NCBI GenBank assembly: GCA_938005475.1 | Contig: CALLNY010000031.1 | Span: 64,001-128,000 of the forward strand | Length of the DNA stretch: 64,000 bases | Reading direction: 5' to 3' | Source: an uncultured Bacteroidia bacterium | Lineage (GTDB): Bacteria > Bacteroidota > Bacteroidia > J057 > CALLMJ01 | Shown: in pieces, positions 59,444 to 64,000 of the stretch | How positions within the stretch are numbered: the first letter of the stretch is position 1 | Layout: each line of letters begins with the position of its first letter | Made by a program: the position numbers and the translations under genes | The notes under the pieces: model-generated | The model's database searches: none | Seen by the model: only the letters and a program-made list of their open reading frames with translations | What the model was told of the DNA's origin: nothing

Positions 59444-59451
59444 TATTTTTG
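59444..59451 (+). promoter_or_regulatory. -7 element TATTTTTG upstream of the cystathionine beta-synthase gene
   Basis: Exact TAnnTTTG match 13 nt upstream of the ATG at 59465. Confidence 0.4.
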
Positions 59452-59464
59452 CAATAAAAATTTT

Positions 59465-60829
59465 ATGTGGTATAAGAACATATTAGAAACTATGGGGAAT
59501 ACCCCCTTAGTAAAAATCAATGCAGTAGCATCGCATGTAAAGCCAACCATATTAGCGAAGGTGGAATATTTCAATCCTGGGAATAGCATAAAGGATAGAA
59601 TTGCTCTTAAAATGATTGAAGACGCAGAGAGAGCCGGTCTTATTAAGCCAGGAGGTACAATCATTGAAGGAACTTCAGGTAATACAGGTATGGGTTTAGC
59701 ACTTGTAGCCGCTGTTAAAGGATATCGTTGTATTTTCGTTATTCCGGATAAGCAATCTAAAGAAAAAATGGATATTCTACGGGCTGTAGGTGCAGAAGTC
59801 ATAGTTACGCCCACTGATGTAGAACCTGATGACCCACGTTCTTACTACTCCGTAGCGAAACGCTTATCCAAAGAAATACCCAATTCCTATTATCCTAATC
59901 AATATGACAACTTATCCAATCGTCAAGCTCACTATGAAACCACTGGACCGGAAATATGGCAACAAACCGAAGGTAAAATTACGCATCTCGTTGCAGGTAT
60001 GGGAACTTGTGGTACTATAACAGGCGTATCCCAATATTTAAAAGAAAAAAATCCTAATATTAAAGTGATAGGCGTAGATACGTATGGTTCTTTATTTAAA
60101 AAATATCATGAAACCGGGCAAATTGATATGGAAGAGGTTTATAGTTACCTTACAGAGGGAATCGGGGAAGACTTTGTTCCTCAGAACTATGAGCGTTCCT
60201 TGATTGACCATATCCTAAAAGTGACCGATAAAGACGCCGCTATTATGACCCGCAAACTTGCAAGGTTAGAAGGTTTATTTGTGGGATGGAGTTGTGGTTC
60301 CGCTATGCATGGTGCATTAGAGTATGCCAAAAATTTATCACCTAACGATGTTGTGGTCGTTATTCTTCCTGATCATGGTACGCGATACCTCGGTAAAATT
60401 TATAATGATGCATGGATGAGTGAACGTGGGTTCTTAGAAGCCAGCTCTATGGTTACCGCTAAAGATATCCTTCAAAAACGAAAAAATGCACCGCTAATTG
60501 CTGTAAAACCCACCGATACGCTTTCTGCGATTATCCAATTGATGCGTGAAAAAGATATTTCCCAAATTCCTATTATTGACAATGGAAATGTTGTCGGTTC
60601 TATCAATGAAACACGTATCTTAAATGCTTTGTTAGATAATCCCAGTCTAAAAGAAGCCCAAGTACAAACCATTATGGCTGACCCCTTCCCCTTCGTTCTT
60701 CCTTCCACCAAAATTACTCTGCTCTCTAAGATGATAACCAAAGAAAACCCCGCTGTCCTAGTCCAAAATGAAGACGGCTCTCATGAAATTATTACAAAAT
60801 CGGATTTACTGGAAGTTTTAGCACAATAA
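59465..60829 (+). CDS. cystathionine beta-synthase (PLP fold-II with C-terminal CBS pair)
   Basis: ...GNTPLVKINAV...KVEYFNPGNSIKDRIAL...SGNTG... and a C-terminal CBS tandem. 454 aa. Confidence 0.75.
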   Translation: MWYKNILETMGNTPLVKINAVASHVKPTILAKVEYFNPGNSIKDRIALKMIEDAERAGLIKPGGTIIEGTSGNTGMGLALVAAVKGYRCIFVIPDKQSKEKMDILRAVGAEVIVTPTDVEPDDPRSYYSVAKRLSKEIPNSYYPNQYDNLSNRQAHYETTGPEIWQQTEGKITHLVAGMGTCGTITGVSQYLKEKNPNIKVIGVDTYGSLFKKYHETGQIDMEEVYSYLTEGIGEDFVPQNYERSLIDHILKVTDKDAAIMTRKLARLEGLFVGWSCGSAMHGALEYAKNLSPNDVVVVILPDHGTRYLGKIYNDAWMSERGFLEASSMVTAKDILQKRKNAPLIAVKPTDTLSAIIQLMREKDISQIPIIDNGNVVGSINETRILNALLDNPSLKEAQVQTIMADPFPFVLPSTKITLLSKMITKENPAVLVQNEDGSHEIITKSDLLEVLAQ

Positions 60830-60833
60830 TCTT

Positions 60834-62297
60834 ATGGAAACCCTACAAAAACTTTATAAGCACCTAGAAAAAATTTATCATTTCAATTCTGTTGTTTCCT
60901 TGCTTTCCTGGGACCAAGAAACCTATATGCCCGAAAGAGCCTTTGAACACCGTTCTCAACAAATGGGGCTTATGGCAAGCCTTATCCACCAACTCAAAAC
61001 TACTGAACTCCAAGAAATCCTTAAAGATATTAACCTAAACGAATTGCAAAGAAGAGATTTCTTGATTGTGAAACGAGTAAAACAAGACCTTGATAAATGG
61101 TCTAAAATCCCTGAAAAATTAGCCGTTCAACTTACAGAAGTAACCTCGCAAGCCCAGTATTATTGGGATAAAGCTAAAAAGAATGACGATTTTGATACTT
61201 TTGCTCCGTATTTAGAAAAAATAGTATCTTTAAAAATTGAAGAAGCTCATTGCTTGGGATTTGAACAAAACCCTTATGATGCGCTTTTAGAAGATTATGA
61301 AAAAGGCTTAAAAGCTTCTGACTTTGAGAAAGTCATTAGACCTATCGTTGAGGAATTTTATCAAAAAAAATCTAATTCTGTTCTTACAACAAACCCGTTT
61401 AAGTGTACTATTCCTGCCTATGAGCAATTAAAATTTGCTAACCAATTTATCCAAGACTTAGGGTTTGATTTTCGTAGAGGACGTCAAGATATATCTTCGC
61501 ATCCTTTTTCCAACGCAATCAGTATACATGATATCCGAATTACCACACGCATCATGGAGGAGGATTTGCAATATATGTTATACTCTACGATACATGAAAC
61601 AGGGCATGCTCTTTATGAAATGGGCTTAAATACAGAATTATTAGGTACTCCTTACTCCGAAACATGCTCCTTAACAATTCACGAATCACAATCTCGTTTT
61701 TGGGAAAACAATATCGGGCGAAGCTTGCCTTTCTGTAAGTTTCTTGCCTCTAAATTACAAGAATATCTACCCCAATACTTCTCAGAAGTATCTCCCGAGG
61801 CGTTATTTTATACTTTAAATGAAGTAAAACCCAATTTCATTCGTACAGAATCCGATGAAGTTACCTATCATTTGCATATTGCTCTTCGTTTTGAATTAGA
61901 ACGTGATTTAGTTAATCAGGTTATACAAGTAAAAGACTTACCAACTCTTTGGAAAGAAAAAATGCAAAGTTATTTAGGTATCATCCCCCCTAATGATAGC
62001 CTGGGAGTCTTGCAAGATGTGCATTGGTCTGCAGGTCTAATAGGATATTTCCCTACTTATTCATTAGGCAGTTTTTATGCCGCTCAAATCTATTCTCACC
62101 TAAAATCTTTATATCCCGATTTTGATTTTCATATCGAAAAAGGAAATTTTGATTTTATTCATCAATGGCTCAAAGAAAATATCTTTTCCAAAGGAAGAAT
62201 GTTTTATTCCCATGAAATTTTACAACAAGCAACCGGTAATCCCTTGTTGCCTAACGCCTTTAAAGACTATATTACCTCTAAACTTGAGTTAGTGTAA
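60834..62297 (+). CDS. M32 carboxypeptidase (Taq-like)
   Basis: ...IHETGHALYE... HExxH motif and a DxRxxxxE-like region (...DIRITTRIMEED...). 487 aa. Confidence 0.75.
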   Translation: METLQKLYKHLEKIYHFNSVVSLLSWDQETYMPERAFEHRSQQMGLMASLIHQLKTTELQEILKDINLNELQRRDFLIVKRVKQDLDKWSKIPEKLAVQLTEVTSQAQYYWDKAKKNDDFDTFAPYLEKIVSLKIEEAHCLGFEQNPYDALLEDYEKGLKASDFEKVIRPIVEEFYQKKSNSVLTTNPFKCTIPAYEQLKFANQFIQDLGFDFRRGRQDISSHPFSNAISIHDIRITTRIMEEDLQYMLYSTIHETGHALYEMGLNTELLGTPYSETCSLTIHESQSRFWENNIGRSLPFCKFLASKLQEYLPQYFSEVSPEALFYTLNEVKPNFIRTESDEVTYHLHIALRFELERDLVNQVIQVKDLPTLWKEKMQSYLGIIPPNDSLGVLQDVHWSAGLIGYFPTYSLGSFYAAQIYSHLKSLYPDFDFHIEKGNFDFIHQWLKENIFSKGRMFYSHEILQQATGNPLLPNAFKDYITSKLELV

Positions 62298-62361
62298 AAA
62301 TTTTTTTCTAGTTATAGGAACTCAAAGGTTATGATAAATGTTCTGTAAAATGATAATCGTA

Positions 62362-62373
62362 ATATTGCAATAT
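62362..62373. promoter_or_regulatory. perfect 12-bp palindrome ATATTGCAATAT upstream of arsR (candidate ArsR operator)
   Basis: Direct reading. Centred about 25 nt upstream of the arsR ATG. ArsR/SmtB repressors bind dyads overlapping their own promoter. Confidence 0.45.
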
Positions 62374-62392
62374 CATATTGAAGAATTAGGTA

Positions 62393-62725
62393 ATGGGTAT
62401 CACTAAAACAGAACATTTCAGTGAAAATCAAAATACTATCGCAAAACTATTAAAAGCACTAGGTCATCCTGCGCGTATTGCTATCATAGAATATTTACTT
62501 AAAGTAGAGACTTGTATTTGCGGTGATATAGTTAATGAACTACCACTCGCTCAACCTACCATCTCACAACATCTTAAAGAACTAAAAAACGCAGGGTTAA
62601 TCAAAGGGACTATTGAAGGTAACACTATTTGTTACTGCATAGATGGGAATGCTATTCAATATCTTAAAAATTATTTGGAGGATATCTACAAGATACTTCA
62701 ATCACAAAAGAAGAATTGTTGTTAA
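62393..62725 (+). CDS. arsR: ArsR/SmtB-family metalloregulatory transcriptional repressor
   Basis: ...CICGDIVNELPLAQPTISQHLKELKNAGLI... HTH with metal-binding Cys. 110 aa. Confidence 0.85.
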   Translation: MGITKTEHFSENQNTIAKLLKALGHPARIAIIEYLLKVETCICGDIVNELPLAQPTISQHLKELKNAGLIKGTIEGNTICYCIDGNAIQYLKNYLEDIYKILQSQKKNCC

Positions 62726-62736
62726 TAAAAATAGAA

Positions 62737-63201
62737 ATGAAACTATCTGAAGTTAAAGCAATTTTACCGAGATTAGAAAGCGTAACGTTTAAATTACCTA
62801 ATGGAAATTTCGTTCCTGAACATTTTCATGTAACAGAAGTGGGCATAATCCAAAAAAAATTTATTGACTGCGGCGGTACTATCCGTAACGAGTATAAGAT
62901 AAACTTTCAATTGTGGTATGCCCAAGACTTTGAACACCGCCTAAGTGCCTCTAAACTGCTCAAAATTATTGAACTTTCCGAAAAACAACTGGATATTCAA
63001 GATGGTGAAATAGAGGTGGAATATCAAGGAGAAACCATAGGAAAATATGATTTAAGTTTTGATGGAAAACATTTTGTATTAGTTAGTAAGCATACTAATT
63101 GTTTGGCATTAGGGTATTGTATACCAAACGTTAAACCAAAAATCAAATTATCGGATTTAAATAAAACGAAGCGTTGTAATCCTAACACAGGTTGTTGTTA
63201 A
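62737..63201 (+). CDS. arsenic-operon-associated hypothetical protein (DUF6428-like) with C-terminal Cys cluster
   Basis: Sits between arsR and the ACR3 gene, as DUF6428 proteins do in Bacteroidota ars operons. C-terminal ...KRCNPNTGCC. Confidence 0.45.
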   Translation: MKLSEVKAILPRLESVTFKLPNGNFVPEHFHVTEVGIIQKKFIDCGGTIRNEYKINFQLWYAQDFEHRLSASKLLKIIELSEKQLDIQDGEIEVEYQGETIGKYDLSFDGKHFVLVSKHTNCLALGYCIPNVKPKIKLSDLNKTKRCNPNTGCC

Positions 63202-63217
63202 TTAAAAATACAAAAAA

Positions 63218-64000
63218 ATGGGAAAATTTGAAAAATATCTAACTTTATGGGTTTTAATATGCATTATAGCAGGTATATTGATAGGGAATGTAGCGGGAGA
63301 AAGTATCGCCACAATCAGTAAATGGGAGTTTTATTCTGTGAACATACCTGTTGCTATACTGGTTTGGTTGATGATATACCCAATGATGGTACAAATAGAT
63401 TTTTCTTCATTGAGGAATGTATCAAAGAATTGGAGAGGTCTTGGCTTGACAGTTACAGTGAATTGGTTAATTAAACCTTTTACGATGGCATTCTTTGCAT
63501 GGCTCTTTTTTAGCAAGCTATTTGCTGCATTTTTAAATCCAGAACTAAGTGAACAATATATTGCAGGGGCTATTTTGTTAGGTGCCGCTCCCTGTACGGC
63601 TATGGTCTTTGTTTGGTCTTATCTTACGAACGGTGATGCTAATTATACCTTGGTGCAAGTATCGGTTAATGATTTAATTATTTTGATAGCATTTATTCCT
63701 ATTGTAAGATTTTTATTGGGGGTTACTAATATAGAAATTCCCTATGGTGTTTTAAGTACCTCGGTTGTTGTTTTTGTTGTAATTCCTTTGATAGCAGGTT
63801 TTTTATCTCATAAGCTACTCATAAAATATAAAGGAGAAACATGGTTCAAAACGCAATTTTTAACTGCTCTTAAACCATTATCTATTGTAGCCTTACTAAC
63901 CACTTTAATTTTGATATTTGCTTTTCAAGGGAATAGAATCACCCAAAAGCCTATAGATATTTTGTTGATAGCAGTTCCTTTGACACTTCAAACGTATTTT
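63218..64000 (+). CDS. arsB: ACR3-family arsenite efflux transporter (3' partial; runs off the window)
   Basis: ATG at 63218 gives MGKFEKYLTLWVLICIIAGILIGN...LLGAAPCTAMVFVWSYLTNGD... (ACR3 signature with conserved Cys). Not in the ORF track because no stop occurs in the window. Confidence 0.8.
   Translation, partial: MGKFEKYLTLWVLICIIAGILIGNVAGESIATISKWEFYSVNIPVAILVWLMIYPMMVQIDFSSLRNVSKNWRGLGLTVTVNWLIKPFTMAFFAWLFFSKLFAAFLNPELSEQYIAGAILLGAAPCTAMVFVWSYLTNGDANYTLVQVSVNDLIILIAFIPIVRFLLGVTNIEIPYGVLSTSVVVFVVIPLIAGFLSHKLLIKYKGETWFKTQFLTALKPLSIVALLTTLILIFAFQGNRITQKPIDILLIAVPLTLQTYF

Noticed and set aside
1-64000. CRISPR arrays, tRNA/rRNA genes and transposase/integrase genes
   Set aside because: No regularly spaced direct repeats were seen. 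No GGTTCGAATCC-type T-arm or cloverleaf candidates occur in the intergenic spaces, which are short and AT-rich. No DDE, tyrosine or serine recombinase-like ORFs were found.

Overview
The window is a gene-dense, low-GC chromosomal segment of a Bacteroidota-type genome. Lineage is inferred from recurring Bacteroides-style -7 promoter motifs (TAnnTTTG), several T9SS C-terminal sorting domains, SBBP and FG-GAP repeat proteins, and a DUF4295 gene after rpmG. No transposase, integrase, CRISPR array, rRNA or tRNA was seen, so it looks like core chromosome rather than a mobile island.

About 60 protein-coding genes are supported. Recognisable housekeeping genes include coaBC (5' partial), umuDC, lysA, nadK, prmA, rpsP-rimM, greA, rpmG, aroA, acpP-fabF-rnc, pdhB, hflX, a cystathionine beta-synthase, an M32 carboxypeptidase and an arsR-DUF6428-ACR3 arsenic cassette that runs off the 3' end.

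Several features are worth a second look:
- A three-gene operon pairing a PaaA/PaaC-like ferritin-type protein that retains two E...ExxH motifs, a PaaD-like protein and an unclassifiable His/Cys-rich 525-aa protein.
- A tightly packed outer-membrane trio: a 1246-aa TonB-plug-like protein, a 1318-aa protein with a T9SS C-terminal domain, and a 355-aa PorV/PorP-like beta-barrel.
- A signalling cassette of a propeller hybrid histidine kinase, a single-domain response regulator and a response regulator fused to a PP2C phosphatase, with a paralogous TPR-PP2C protein about 40 kb away.
- A minus-strand nuoA-nuoB-apaG-osmC-hflX-nuoI cluster that lacks nuoCD/H/J-N.
- A decayed roughly 1 kb AT-rich region carrying a glycosyltransferase fragment interrupted by an in-frame TGA.
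- A protein that is essentially only a signal peptide plus a T9SS C-terminal domain.
- A neutral ceramidase homologue and an orphan tryptophan 2,3-dioxygenase.
- Two small genes missing from the ORF track: a 43-aa membrane protein and the 56-aa DUF4295 protein.

Several ORF-track starts are TTG or upstream extensions. I re-anchored the true starts using N-terminal conservation and the -7 motifs.
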